From: Diadema antillarum
Taxonomy: Eukaryota
Assembly: GCF_040938485.1 (NCBI RefSeq)
Contig: NW_027272421.1
Location: 124,001-188,000 of the forward strand
Length of the DNA: 64,000 nucleotides
Reading direction: 5' to 3'
Of this stretch, positions 26,401-39,773 are shown piece after piece (position 1 is the stretch's first letter; the number at the start of each line of letters is the position of its first letter). The position numbers were made by a program, and so were the translations under genes. A model generated the notes under the pieces. It did not search any database. It had not been told where the DNA came from and saw nothing but the letters and a program-made list of their open reading frames with translations.

Positions 26401-27299
26401 CTTCAGTATGTTGTTTGGGCGAGAAATCCTTAGTTTCCTGACGTTTCAGAGAGAGCAAATAATGAATTGGTATACCACGCAGCAAACCTATGTTGCCAAC
26501 TCCGAAGAACAACAAAATATGAAAAGATTCTGTGCGGGATAGCACGTAATTTAACGAATCATCAATAAGCATGATAACTGCAACTGGAGTTGCTTAGGGT
26601 TGTGAGATGTCTTAAGGTCAATTGCATTAATGTCGTTTGCCTTGAATAACATACAGAAAGGTTTTCAGGTTCCCAAACAATGGATACCACTTTTCGATAT
26701 CGGCCAAGATAGTTGATGCTTCTTTATAGTGTTTTCTCATACGTCCGATGTCAATGACCTCTCCGCCCTTGGCTTAGCGCCTCCCCCCCCCCCCCCCACC
26801 CCCACCCCACAATCCCTGTCTGTAGTTAGCGATGATTTCTCATGTCCAGCCGGGCCACTTCGCGGTTTTCGGGGCGCAATCGGAAGTCCCATCCGAAATG
26901 TAGGCTGCCATGTTCAATAACCTCGAGTGGACTTCAGCATTTCATGTACACGACTCAAGCAAGACAAGATAGAGACGCGGGAACGCGTCGTATGTCGGGG
27001 GTCGTTGAGCTTAAAAGGAGCAGGATGGGAAGATGGGAGAGGGAGATCGCTAAATTCATACTTCCCGCCTGTAATCTGCGGGGTTCAGACAAAGCAAATA
27101 CTATACAGGTTGCCAAACCTATTTTCTTCTTTTTCTTTCTTACGCAGTCGAATTTTTGCTCTAGGCGTACCTACCTGTTGCATGTGCTTTTTCCATCCAG
27201 GATTTCTTCCTTATAGCTAACCAACAAAGGTTTGAATCAATATTCCAGTGTTGTTGTTTTTCCATGCGACTTCCGGTCAGTTTCCAATGTTCGAGATGT

Positions 27300-27689
27300 T
27301 TAAAGGGATCATATAGTTTTGGTTGAGACCCAATTTCAGGTTTCTAACATTCTTTGGTGAGATGATGAGAAACCTCTTATGAAATATGAAAGAGCATGTC
27401 TTTCTATGAAGAATTCAACGTTTATTTGATGAAAATTGGTTTTGAAATGGCTGAGATATCCAAAAAAGAGCGATTCTGATAAAGTGTGGGACCCACACTT
27501 TATTATAATCGCTTTGTTTTACTATGTTTTTGGATGTTTCAGTCATTCTAAACCCGATTTTCATCAAATAATTTTGAATTCCACTAAAAATGGTATGCTC
27601 TGTACCATATCATAAGTGTTTTCTCGGTATCTCGCAAAAAGTTAAAAAGCCCAATTCTCATCTCCACCAATACTGTACCATCCCTTTAA
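27300..27689. mobile_element. Non-autonomous TTAA-TSD fold-back MITE (Kolobok-like termini AGG...CCT)
   Basis: TTAA|AGGGATCATATAGTTTTGGTTGAGA at left and TCTCCACCAATACTGTACCATCCCT|TTAA at right; central hairpin AAAGTGTGGGACCCACACTTT; same family as 39774-40638. Confidence 0.85.
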
Positions 27690-27698
27690 TGGCGCAAA

Positions 27699-27792
27699 TG
27701 TGTGTCTGTGTGTGTGTCTGTGTGTGTGTCTGTGTCTGTGTGTGTGTCTGTGTGTGTGTGTGTCTGTGTGTGTGTGTGTGTGTCTGTGTGTG
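27699..27792. repeat. (GT)n/(GTCT) microsatellite
   Basis: Visible directly, adjacent to the 27300 MITE. Confidence 0.9.
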
Positions 27793-27984
27793 TTCATTTT
27801 TTAAGGTAAATATGTATTCTTGACGGAACATCGTGACTTTCGCATATGATGTTCACTGCAGTTGAAGTCGTAGAAGTTCATTCACCTTTATTAGGCATTT
27901 CTTTATTCCCACTTGCAATGGTATCGACAAATATATGACATGCATTGAAATGGCATAACTATGGTCACGCCAATACGAATTACT

Positions 27985-28254
27985 CTCTAAAAAAAATCGA
28001 GTGAAAATTTTCACTCTGAAAAGAGTGAATACAAAAAAGAGTGAATTTCGAGTGAAATTGGAATGAATTTTGAGTGGAAATGCTCATTTTCACTCATTTT
28101 GGAGTGACGTCAGGGATCACTCGAAGATTTTGGAGTGATCCCTGACGTCACTCCAAAATGAGTGAAAATGAACATTTTCACTCAAAATTCACTCCAATTT
28201 CACTCGAAATTCACTCTTTTAAGAGTGAATATTTTCACTCGATTTTTTTTAGAG
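27985..28254. mobile_element. Palindromic fold-back MITE (~270 bp) built from GAGTGAA/TTCACTC units
   Basis: CTCTAAAAAAAATCGAGTGAAAA at left and TTTTCACTCGATTTTTTTTAGAG at right; arms complementary almost to the centre (~28123-28132). Confidence 0.8.
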
Positions 28255-28874
28255 ATTAGGTTCAATAAAAATAAGAAGAAAGGTTTGACGTTCTCCACAA
28301 TGCGTTTGAAGCTTATGTGAAGCAATGAGATGCGAGAAAACAGTGGGTACCAAGATGAAAATTCGGTGCCATGACAATCATTGACATATGCTCCTGCGAC
28401 ATTTTCCCCATGAAATATCTCCACGCGAGGCCAAACATAGAACCTGTCCACAAACATAACCCTATCTTCACATCAAACTACACCTAAAACTTTCATAGGG
28501 CCCTATATCACAGCCCTATCACTAACGATATAAACGTTGGAGAAACATAAAGACCAATAATGTCGCAGGAGCTAAGATGTCGTGACATCCATGACAGTTA
28601 TAAGAAATATCTTTGCATGTCGTATATAAAAACCATAAATCATAAAAACCTCCCATTTGTAGGAATTATTTCGCCAAACAAAACTGAGATGCATGTAATA
28701 TAACAAATAGGTCTATCTGCATGATTGCTCTTAGGACATCTCCTTGGTTTGATAATGTTGAATGTTGGATTCTCAGTCTTGTGTCATGTGTCCCTGCTAA
28801 CGGTGCGATTGAGGCATAAAAAAAGAACAGATGTTGATATATTGCAATGGTTTTCATTGTTCCTCAAACTTTGA

Positions 28875-28908
<34 letters not shown>

Positions 28909-30223
28909 CTGTCTGTCTGTCTGTGTATATATCTGTCGGTGTGTCTGCCTGTGTGTATGTGTATCAGTGTTCGTTGTAGAAGCCCATGTCTCCCGGGACC
29001 GGATCTGCCACGTTTAATTGACTGTATGGCGTGCAGTATGCCTGGCAATACATGGCATGCAACAGGTTAAGACGATCCATGTCGTTATCTATAGCCCCTA
29101 TGAGTTTATATATCGTCTACTATTGTCAAGCACGCGTAGCTATAGGATTAGTCATGATTATGAACGTCGTAATGTAGTCAAGAGATGGAATCGTTATAGT
29201 ATGATTTCCTCGTGACATCAATCGCCAAATAAGATCATTGCAAGACGAGTGTTAGAATGATTTCCATGAAAGTATTCTGGTTACAGCTATTCTTTCCTTT
29301 CCGGAATTTGAACAAGAATAAAAGCAAAGATCAAGTAGCAGCAACAACAACAAAAACAACAATAACAAAAACCCGACCTACTTAAATTGAATCGGCAAAA
29401 ACAGGAAAAGATGGATGGATACAAGGTGGAGGTATCAACCAATCCAGGGTTCCAGAAATTGCCTGGAAGGGTTTGAGAATCACGAGGGGAAAGAAAGGAA
29501 CGAATCAGTTCACTGGCTGCTTCATATAGGATTGCAAACATTTAAAAGAACAGGTAGAGGGGATATTGACACGTTCGTCACTTTGCACAAGATGTCGGTG
29601 TGTTGATTAGGCGGGTAATTGAATCGTACGCGCACGTGGATGATGGTACTGCATGCGTAATTACTGATGACGCGCACGGTGTATGAAACAAAACAAAACT
29701 AAACTAAACTAAATACGTGTTGCGTTTGACTTAATCCAATACAAGAAAATATCAGCGTGTGCGACCCGATTACATACCCACAGTGAGTCAGCAATTCTGA
29801 AGCATGTTCGCAAATTAACAGAGAAAAAAAACACACAAGGCTACCAGGATGTGTGCATGTAGTAGGCCTAATGAGGTTTTTTAACACCAGATTAGTTTAA
29901 CACAAATCTGAAGGTTTATAAAACAAAAAGATTATCAAACATCATAAGTTTGCTTTTGGATAATTATCTTTGATTTGTAAAGATAACGTTCTGCGTCGCA
30001 CATTCATGCTCGTTCTTGGAAGCGAAAATCACTTTTTCTCGCTTATTCCAAATGCCATGATGATTATCATTTCAACGAATTTATCGAATCCGTGTCAATA
30101 ATTTAGATCATCCTGAAGCAGACTGTATCACATTCTCCCCCACACAAACACTTTGCTGTGAAACCGAGTTCAATTTAATTGTACTCTCATTTCATACTCC
30201 AAACCGCCGATAAAACCCTTACA

Positions 30224-30920
30224 AAATGTGACCGTGCACCTCAAAACGAACATAAAGTCGCACACACTGATTTTGCGTGAGTACTGAAAATAAGTGAAAT
30301 GGGTCAACCTAGCCGAACTTGACTTTTTCATATTTTCTGAAAGAGCGGGTCTTCTTTTACATTATACTAAAATTTGGTATCATAAAACGGGCAGGAAAAT
30401 GTGTTTTTTAAGCAGTTTATCTCGAACATTTTTGGCAGAATAGTGTGATTAGGTGCGTCTTTCGAATCCCTTTTTCATTTCTGTAAAACCTTGTCCACAC
30501 TCTTCACTTTCAACTCTAATAACTTTTGAAAGGATAGTGCTACTGCTTTAAAAGTTAGCATTAATTATGGACAGAATGTGTTAATGAGGCATGCTTAATT
30601 TCAGATTAATCTGATAATTCCTTCATTGTTGTTACTCTAGTGGTTTACTTCCTGTTTTTTGTCCCATTCATCGCACAGCCAGCACGGTTTGGTAAAGATT
30701 AAGCGCTTGAATAGACACTGTACTTCAGAGCCTCTTTTCTCAGTTCATACTTTTCCTGAATTTGTGCTTTCTTTCCAATATTTAGATAGGTTAGGAGAGT
30801 CCATTTGATTTGAGTTATACATCATTTTAAAGCTTGAAGTCTGGTCTTTCAGAATATGGTCTTAACTAAAAACTCATATCTGGCGACTTTTTGTTTGTTT
30901 TGAGGTGCACTGTCACAAAT
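30224..30920. mobile_element. Non-autonomous TIR DNA transposon with AAAT target-site duplication (Sola1-like by TSD)
   Basis: AAAT|GTGACCGTGCACCTCAAAACGAACATAAAGTCGC at left and GCGACTTTTTGTTTGTTTTGAGGTGCACTGTCAC|AAAT at right: ~34-bp TIR with identical 4-bp flanks. The superfamily call rests only on the AWWT TSD. Confidence 0.75.
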
Positions 30921-31049
30921 ATAAATCATCATAATATAGGTCCTGTTGAAGTTGGATATATCAAGGGGTGTCAATAGAGATATTCAAAATGTGGGTAAAT
31001 ATTACTGAGCATTTCTCAGTTGACATTTTTTCCCAACTTTATATATCAT

Positions 31050-31520
31050 GGTTATTAAGACTTGTCGATTGCGTTGAGATTTGGCTGGTCCAGGAGATCA
31101 AGTGTTGAAGGAAACATCTCCAGTCACTGTCTCTTGGAATGAATCATCGCTGTCAAATCGAGACCATCAAATTTTTCCCTTTAAAAAAATGTTTTAAGGA
31201 ATATTTTTGAATACATATTATGTTGTTCATTCCATTGTTTCTTTCCATATATATTAAATCGTACAAATCTGTTTTATTATCCTTAATGACCTGCACTTTT
31301 TACAAATTGTTAAAACAGTATAATTTGCCAAACATATTACTTTGTACAGAAATGATCTTTCATTGGATATAGAGTTAATGAATCGAATTAGATTGAATTG
31401 AATGGCTGTAATTGTGTACTTTAGTATGGTGTGCTTCAAATTTGTGCTTGATTAAACTTTTTGTTTCGCGGGAAAGAATTGTGTTCAGATCGTTATATCT
31501 GTCCAAGAAGATTCTTTTTT
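31050..31520 (-). mobile_element. Possible decayed L1/Tx1-type LINE ORF2 3' fragment
   Basis: Minus-strand frame ...QFNLIRFINSISNERSFLYKVICLANYTVLTICKKC...IC loosely resembles the zf-RVT region (QF.L....N.FLYK..L.....C..CK....H...C). Stops nearby; resemblance judged by eye only. Confidence 0.3.
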
Positions 31521-34500
31521 TATGCTGCACCATTTCCGAAAAGTTCTTGTGCTCTTTGAGAGATATTCACTTGAGAAATGGCTCGATATATTGTTTTGAA
31601 TTACCATTTGTCCTTTGAAGTGCCTGTTGATTCAACAGTGGTAAACTTATCGTCGTCGTCGTCGTCGTTGTTGTTGTTACACGCCTTCCGGTGCGTAGAT
31701 TGGCCACAAGCTGTATTATTCTGACTTACAAAAGAAAATATCGGGCAAGTTTTTTGAATGAAGTTTCTTTGCTGTATAGCTGTGAATGACAATGAATATA
31801 TAAAAAAAATGAGTTGGGTCATTTGGTAAACGTAGTCTTGGATATTACAAGGAAAATTTGGGGACATGGTCGCTGCTTATGGTAATGTGATTTCAACATA
31901 GTTTCAGCTGAATTGAATTGTTGTACAGCCAAGAGGACTTGTAATGATGAAGGATGAATGAAAGGATGAAGAAAAAGAATGAGAAGAAAAAGGAGGAGGA
32001 CGAGAAAAAGACGATAATGATGAACCCAATTTTCTAGAAGAAGGTTCCCATCAATGTCTCTACCTGCGTGTGTGACTTTTCTCGCAGAATGATAGAGAGA
32101 GAAGAGAAAGACCGTGTGGAGTGCAGTTCTAGGACTCCCACGTAATCTTATAACCTAATTCGAGCGCCCGCTTCAGTGTTTTCGAGAGATAGAAGCCCTC
32201 GGTTTCCGATTTGGGTTTCTGGCAAGCTGGAGATCTCGCCAAGTGAACACACAGATCTTGTCGACAGCCCTACGAAAATAAGACTTATTTTTTTTTTTGA
32301 AGGCATCTACCAGTGAGGTAAGTTGTGGAGATCCTCATGTTTTCAATACGTCTACATTCTGTTCAAAAAGCAAGCATTTCGAGAATTACTTATCATGGTG
32401 TTCCGTAGCCCTCATGAAAGATGTGTAAAGCTATTAAAGTGGTGTCCTGTGCGTTTTGCCCGTAATTTGTAAGGTACTTTTTTTTCACTGACTACATAAA
32501 AAAAAAAAATAACGTTGGGGTCCGCCGTCCATATGATATTGTGAAAATTAATTCTTGAAGAGTGAACTTCAATATGAGAAAAAGGGGAGGGTTGACAAGT
32601 TATTCAAAGCATAAACTTCCCTCGTCTTCCTTTTCTGCATCACGTATCAGGAAGACAAGTACACTTCCTTTAGCAAATTAAAGGAGACGGTTTTGTTTGA
32701 ATCTAAGTTTTGTAATATGAACGTCATATTATGTTTGCATATGATAGACAGCGCTTTTTGAAATGTTCACAGCAAAATCTTTCGCACTTTAACCTCCACA
32801 GCAACATGACAACGACACACACACATCAGTATTCACCGAACGTTCATTACCATTTCTGCCAAAAAGCCTGTGATTTGATCTGTATCATTGCATCGATTAT
32901 AAGTGCCAAGTATGTGACCTTGTGAAGCTGAGATTCTCTTGGCATTGAATATTTGTGTGCTACGAAGCCACCATGAATACATTTTCAATCATTAGGATTC
33001 ATGGCGGGGAAAGAACTCGTGGCATTGTGATAAAAAGCATTTGTTTCATATTCAGTAGTGCCAAGTCCCGCTGTTGCGTCACTAAATTACACCTACACAG
33101 GAGGAAGACACAATTATCTCATCAACAAAATATGTGTGCTTTTCGGCACGATGGAACATAGAAGGTGTTTTCTTTTTTTTTGTGGTAGAACTCTCATTTC
33201 AGAGAGTAAAACTCTTCAAAATGACACAAGGAATGGCTTATCATGTATGCATGTATAGAGTTGGAAGATGTATGCACCTTCAAAACAAGCAAGCAAGCAA
33301 ACATACCAACAAAATGACAAACAAAATAGACGCTGAAACGCGAAGCATTAAAATACAACAACAAAAGCACACCTTCGTCTTGAATGTGAGATGTGTATAG
33401 TGGGAGATCCCGTCCACGAAATTATAATTCATTACATTAGGCTGGCATTCCGAAATTCATCACTTACATTAGCTTCTCAAATGGTAAATAAGTAAGATTT
33501 TTATTTTTTCATAGTTTTTGTAGTGTTTTTTTTTTATGCATTAGATTATGGCCGGTTTACAAGCCGTTTGCTATTTCGAGACCAGCATGCGAGAAGGCAA
33601 GCATTACAATATGGCAAAACGCACTCAGATGTGTCACAACTCTGTCCTGCATTTTGTCATAGTGTTTGGACTGCATGAGCATAGGCGTGTGAGGGCGCCT
33701 CTTCGTCACAATGAGATCTGTAACTGACAGAAAATTCAAACGGGAAAGTAACACGTGACGTCATATTTTGGGAATAAGCCGGCTCTTGGAAGAAAAAAAA
33801 CACCCAAACATTTGTACCAACAGGTATGTTGGTTTTTAATTCACTGAGATAAGTATCTGCACGTGATGAAATGATTATTGGATGCACAAGTGCTCATTGA
33901 CGGATCAAGCTGGTCATCCACTGGTCTACACAAGCGACAAGTTCATTCTTTGTTTAAACATGAATAAATGTTACGTTGGGCAAGCTTATGCATTATGTCG
34001 TTTTGAAAATGAGCGAAGTACTTAATTAAATGAGAGAACAAAAAAGAAGAAGAAAGGTTTGTATTGTTGTTCCAATGTGCGCATGAACTAATCACAAATT
34101 TGCCGAATATTTCAATGGATTTATTGTTTTGTCAACAAAGGAGGGGAAAGAGCAATAAGACACACAGTGACTTTTCGCAAGTTAGCTTTGGTATTAGAGA
34201 TGTGTTAAGATATTTAAAAGAAAAGAATGTTGATTTTCGGCAACCCTCTGAAAAACATAATTACCGAAATGTTGACGTGCATAATAAACAACTTGCTACT
34301 GAATTACAAAGGATGAAATTTTGGCCTACTGCTCGTATAGGTCTAGTTACAGCATCCATTCATATCAGTAACCTTAAACAAACGAAGAAACATTGCATGA
34401 AAACAAATAGAGCACGAAGTGTCAGTGCGGGAGAGCAATGCTTTGCAAACATGATAGCAAAGTTCACCTGGGTTTGTGTTTGTATTCTAGAAATCATACA

Positions 34501-35544
34501 TTTCTCCGACCTCTTCCCTTTCCCCCATTCTCTGCCTGCATAATGTTCCCCTTGCTCGATGAGAACCCGCCAAGTCCGAGCGGGCGCGAGAATATGTCCC
34601 GACCGGGCTCCTGTCGGTGCGAGGTATTGATAATCTCCCCCGACAAATTAGTCCCCGTGGACCGAATTGCAGTTGGGGCGAAGCGTCATGAGCTAGCAGC
34701 TATATGAATCCAGGGAACATGTCTTCAGCAAAATGCAGTAAATACATTTCACTGTCAGCAACACGCTTTACTTTGCTCAAAGAACCTTGCAATATTGATT
34801 CAACGGGTTAATCCAGTTGTGTAACGGTTATGTGTGTGAGATTTCCATTCAACTTTGACGCACCCCGGCGTTCCGTCTTACCCAGGAACGGAAGAGATGA
34901 ATGTCTTCCCACGAATGAGGTATTTGTGTTTTTAAATTTTCATCAGAATGGACGACATGTTGGTCTAAGGTAATATTAGCATTCTAAAGTTCCTCGATAA
35001 ATAGTTGAAATCATTTTTCGTTATGATTCCTCGCAAAGGTAAAAGTAAAGGTGTGAGCAAAAGAGACATGTCCCTTCCATGTTTATGTTTACTTTTGATA
35101 GACAAAGTGTCATCAAATTCACATTGCAATCAGACATAAACACAATGACAGAATTTTGAAATGCATATTTTCTTTTGCACAGTTTATAGTTTGTTAACTA
35201 TGAAATCTCTTTGCCAAGATCTGATATTGGTCGCAACCACAATGTAAATTTGATGATGTAATGATGCCATCACTTTTCATCTCTCCTGTCGGTATATAAT
35301 TTATGACCAAAAGATTATTTGCTGAAGTCTATGGCCGATATTTAGCGACTCCTACCCTGAGAAGTTATCACTGCGAATTTCCCGCACCACGATTTGATGC
35401 AAAGATTACAAGCCATTCCCTTTTTCATTGAATTTCGATAACTTTTATGTAAAGTGATTATCTATATTTGTTGGCCAACAGGACAATATCTAAGTTCCGT
35501 ATACCATCGTGGCCTTTCTGTCTGTCTTTTTTTTAAGTATGTAC

Positions 35545-36158
35545 TTAAAGGACCTTTTTTTAACCAGAAATGACCTAATTTAAAAAAAAAAAAAAGATAA
35601 TTTAAAGCGCAATAATGAAAATTTTTATCAAAATCAGATTTAAAGAATAAGAAATATAATTATGAAATTTAAAGACGATGTATTAGCGAAACAGTTCTCA
35701 AACAGATGATGATATGCAAATGAGTAAGCTGATGATGTCACCTCAATTTACCATTTATCGTGAATGCTTACTAACTGACGACGATTCAACTCTTCTGCTG
35801 TGTGACTACATGATGTTATTCAGATAAATAAATTATGACTTCAATATAATGATCAGTGAGTTACCAGGTTATGATTTGAGACTGGGGCATGATTGCGTTT
35901 GAAAAAAAAAAAGCACCCTGTAAATATTAAGATTTTATGAACAAATTTCATGGCAAGATTTGAGGCGATGACATCTTCAAATCACTCATTTGCATATTCG
36001 CAATGACTTTGAGAACTTCTTTTATGAAACTTAGCGAAACTTCACAGTTTCATACTTTCCCTAATTTTTAAGTGAGTTTGATCACATTTTCACCGATGAG
36101 CTTATAAAATTTTTCTCTTTCTTTCCAGACTAAGTTTTACCCTGTCCGGTGTCCTTCT
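35545..36158. mobile_element. Diverged TTAA-type MITE carrying inverted octamer motifs
   Basis: Starts TTAAAGGAC, ends GTCCTT; degenerate inverted arms; ATGCAAAT at 35714 and ATTTGCAT at 35988; internal similarity to 40721-41010. Confidence 0.6.
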
Positions 36159-36462
36159 ACGGAGTCAATATGTATTGAGTCATTTTGTTTGTCGTGAGGT
36201 GCATTTCTTGAACGTTCTCCCACTTCTTCTTTTTTTTTTTTTTTTTTTTTTTTGCAATTTCAAATCATTTTCATTTTTCATCCACAGAACATAATTGAGA
36301 AAGAAATGCAAATTGTCTTCAGTATCCATTGGTAACTGTGAAATGAAATTTAAGACGTAATTAAAAGCATGCATGTATACACAGTTTCAACCCCACAATC
36401 TCATAATATCTAGTAATGTTCTATTGTACGAAGTCAACTTTAACAGTGAGCCGTTTTACACT

Positions 36463-36507
36463 TTGAATGTATTGAATGTATTGAATGTATTGAATGTATT
36501 GAATGTA
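36463..36507. repeat. 9-bp tandem repeat (TTGAATGTA)x5
   Basis: Five exact copies. Confidence 0.92.
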
Positions 36508-36799
36508 TTCCGACTATGCTGTGACTTTTCAGTTTCCTCCCTCTGTACAGCGGGTACACTGTGCCACCTCCTCCAAACACCAATATACCCTCACACCCCC
36601 TCCCAACCCCACCCCCCCCCCCCCTCCCAATTGATGAGCACCGTCTTCACCGCCCCTATGGGGAGGATTGTATGCTTGCTTCCAGGGACTAGGTTTAATA
36701 CTCTCTCACCCCACTCTTTTCCTCTCTCCAACTCTACCCCCCCCCCCCCCCGAACATGATGAGAGAAGGTCATCTTTTGACAGTAGCCATGCATGCTTA

Positions 36800-36890
36800 T
36801 GGACAGGATAACCGTGACAGAGACTCGAACCTATACCCTTCATACAACTGTCCAGTCGAGCAAACCAATCGACGTCCACCCAGCCACGTG
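36800..36890 (-). mobile_element. Degenerate tRNA-derived SINE head
   Basis: Minus strand reads TGGCTGGGTGG (A-box-like) ... GGTTCGAGTC (B-box, 36822-36831); no intact cloverleaf. Confidence 0.4.
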
Positions 36891-38665
36891 CCGTTGTGTA
36901 AGCTTGTTGAGTGAACCGTCATAGTGGAGCAGATACCTTTATAGATCCAGTTATCGCTGGTTGTAGTTTTTTCTTTTACATTTTGCCCATACCTGCATTT
37001 CATGTTCTTTGATCAATGATTGTATAAATTGATGCCCTAAACTGTCAAGTTGATCTGTAATGTGACAGTTACCCGTGTGTAGTTTTACAAATTGGCAGTT
37101 AGGATCCGTCACTTGCATATTGTTAGCAGTAAATGTATTAGTAATTTTAGATTTGACGCTACACTATATTCCCTCTGTCTTACATATTGTTGATGGATTA
37201 GTTTATTATGTTGTTGTTGCTTTTCCACAGTAAGAACCCCTAGGTTATCTCGGTCAGTTAAGGAAAATATTCCCAGTTGCTTTCAGATAACAGTGTAAGG
37301 GATGGCATTCCGGAAATCAAAATTTGATTATGTCGTAATAAGAATTCTCTGTAGATTCATGATGATGTCACACCAATGGTCCATTACGCACCTCTGATGA
37401 CATAAGGTATCGGCATTGTTGTAATTCATGCCCTGTATGCAATCATAATATCTTTGAGCGATTTCTGTTGAAACTTATTTTGTTTAAGAAACAACAACAA
37501 CAACAACAAACATTCGTAACATGCAATGACGATGATATTGACTAGAATAAGGCAGATCAACACGTAATAGATAAAGCTCATCAAACTGGAACATTACCGT
37601 CAGGGTTGATACGACGTTACCCATCAGATTTTGCTGTGTCATTGTTATTCAATTTTCCTTTAATATGAGGACCTACTATATACTTACAGGTTTGTTATTC
37701 CTCGACGTGACCTCCGAAACACTTTGGCCTAATTCTGTAAAAGGATGAAGCACGCGCATATCTCTTGTTTAATCACACAAACAATAAATTTCACAAGATA
37801 TGCATGTCATATTCAATAGTTGCTGGTATCAACGGCTCTGGAGAGACTCGATTTTGCCTCTGTATGGTTTGATGATGCAACGTTTTACTATAAATTCACT
37901 ACCCCTCCGTCATTGTTGATGTTTAGTACAGATAAACTCAGTAAAATAAACCAAATAAATCTCTTTTATTGAGTCATTTGATGGTCGTACATGCCTGCTT
38001 GCTTTAGTTGCAGCGGTTTCGTAAGCCTCATATAATTGCTACATTTTAAATTGATTCTTGGATTGGCAACGCGCGCACATACCTCTGTGTGCCACACTAA
38101 TTACCGGTCCAGAGGTGTGTGTGTGAAATTTTGTGCACATTTTGACTCCTTAGCACACAAAGGATTAAAAAGCTTTCAGTTCGTGCTCCTCCCTCAAATT
38201 GGCAACCTTGAATGTCTTCCCTAACTTGGGCTGCCCAATTTCATCTGAGCTTATTCCAATATAATTTAGAATAACTATGCACTGAAATTCAGAGGTGCTA
38301 ATCTTAAATTTCTTCTAAAAAAAAAAAAACAAGAGAAAGGAAAACTGCATGACTTGCTGTGTCGAAATATGAGGGAAATTCCTCCTCAACTATTCTATTG
38401 TTACTGAGTATTTGAATCCAGATTATAGAGCTGAGAGCCAGTGTATGCAGAATATCATTGCTTTGAAAAGAAAGAAAAATAGCTTTTTTACTTTCTTGTA
38501 TCAATGACTCAAGCACAACATATATCGGCATACTCAAGGAATGTGTATGGATGTGTCGTGCAGTTTCTGGTCTGAATTAATATTATTTGATTCAGTCTGA
38601 CTTTGTTTGGTTTGTCAGTATTTCTGCATCATCGTCATCATACATCAATCAAAACAATAATATCA

Positions 38666-38797
38666 GGGCACCGTTTCACGAAAGTTGTCAGCGCTGACAA
38701 TTACCATAGTAACAGTCAGTGACAAGAGCGTCTCAACCAATCAAAACCACGGATTTTACTGAAATAGTCAGCGCTGACTATATTGATGAAACATCCC
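38666..38797. mobile_element. Small (~130 bp) MITE, possibly PIF/Harbinger-like
   Basis: GGGCACCGTTTCACGAAAGTTGTCAGCGCTGAC at left and GTCAGCGCTGACTATATTGATGAAACATCCC at right form imperfect ~35-bp TIRs; CCAAT box in the centre. Confidence 0.55.
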
Positions 38798-38943
38798 CCC
38801 CCCCCTCTCAGGTGATTGCAATTCGGGGAATACAAATTTTTTTCTGTACAAGAACAAACCGTGAAGCCAACGCAAAATACATGAAACACGCTATAGAACA
38901 TTTGCATTTTTTTTTTAATCAAAAAGCTGCATCGTAGCACGGC

Positions 38944-39418
38944 TTAAAGGGACATTCCAGACGATTTTCATAATTTCTCATCATGTAGGCCCTAGTACAT
39001 AAATCGACAACCCCATGTATAGATTTGTGGAATTTATTGTGGTTCTTGAGCAGAGAAACAATACTTTGAAAAACCTTAAACAAATTACACTGAACAAGGA
39101 TGATGACATATAGGAGGTTCACATATTTCAGAAATGTAGCAGTGTAATTCCATTACAATACCGCTTGCTTGCGAGTTCACCTGTGTATAATCTATGCATG
39201 CCTTCTTCTTTTGTTCTGCTTCCTTGAGCCCCAACTCATGCATTCTTATAGTGACTCTGCCATGTCATCATCCTGTTCATTTCGATTTGTTATAAATTTT
39301 GAAAATATTCTTATTCTTCATCCCAATTATCATACATTTTGAAACTCTGTCCTCAGTATTACTGATTTATAATTGCTCAAATGTAAAAATCTGACAATCA
39401 TCAGGAGGTCACCTTTAA
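38944..39418. mobile_element. Diverged TTAA-TSD fold-back MITE
   Basis: TTAA|AGGGACATTCCAGACGATTTTCA at left and TGACAATCATCAGGAGGTCACCT|TTAA at right; internal inverted match GAACAAGGATGATGACAT / ATGTCATCATCCTGTTC. Confidence 0.7.
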
Positions 39419-39773
39419 TCAAGGCTTGATGTAGATACGTAAACGAATGAGGAAGGCGATAATGGGATAGATTGACTGCTCTTTTTCAATTAGGGATAAG
39501 ATAAAAGCAGCGCACCTACATTGTCACCTGAAACAATCCGTGCTTCTGTTTAAATTCATATTGAAATAACGATATACATATCAGTCACCTTATAAATTTT
39601 TAAACTGAATTCAGCTTCTTTCATATACTGCCTTTATACATGAAAATAGAAGATGTCATATTTAAAGCGGGAAGTCACTGTTTTTTATATTATCATCGTT
39701 ATCATTACTGTTAATACTTTAAATGTCATATGACCAAAGTCGCCAGTATGCAGGTATTCCGAGTTTGCCATCT

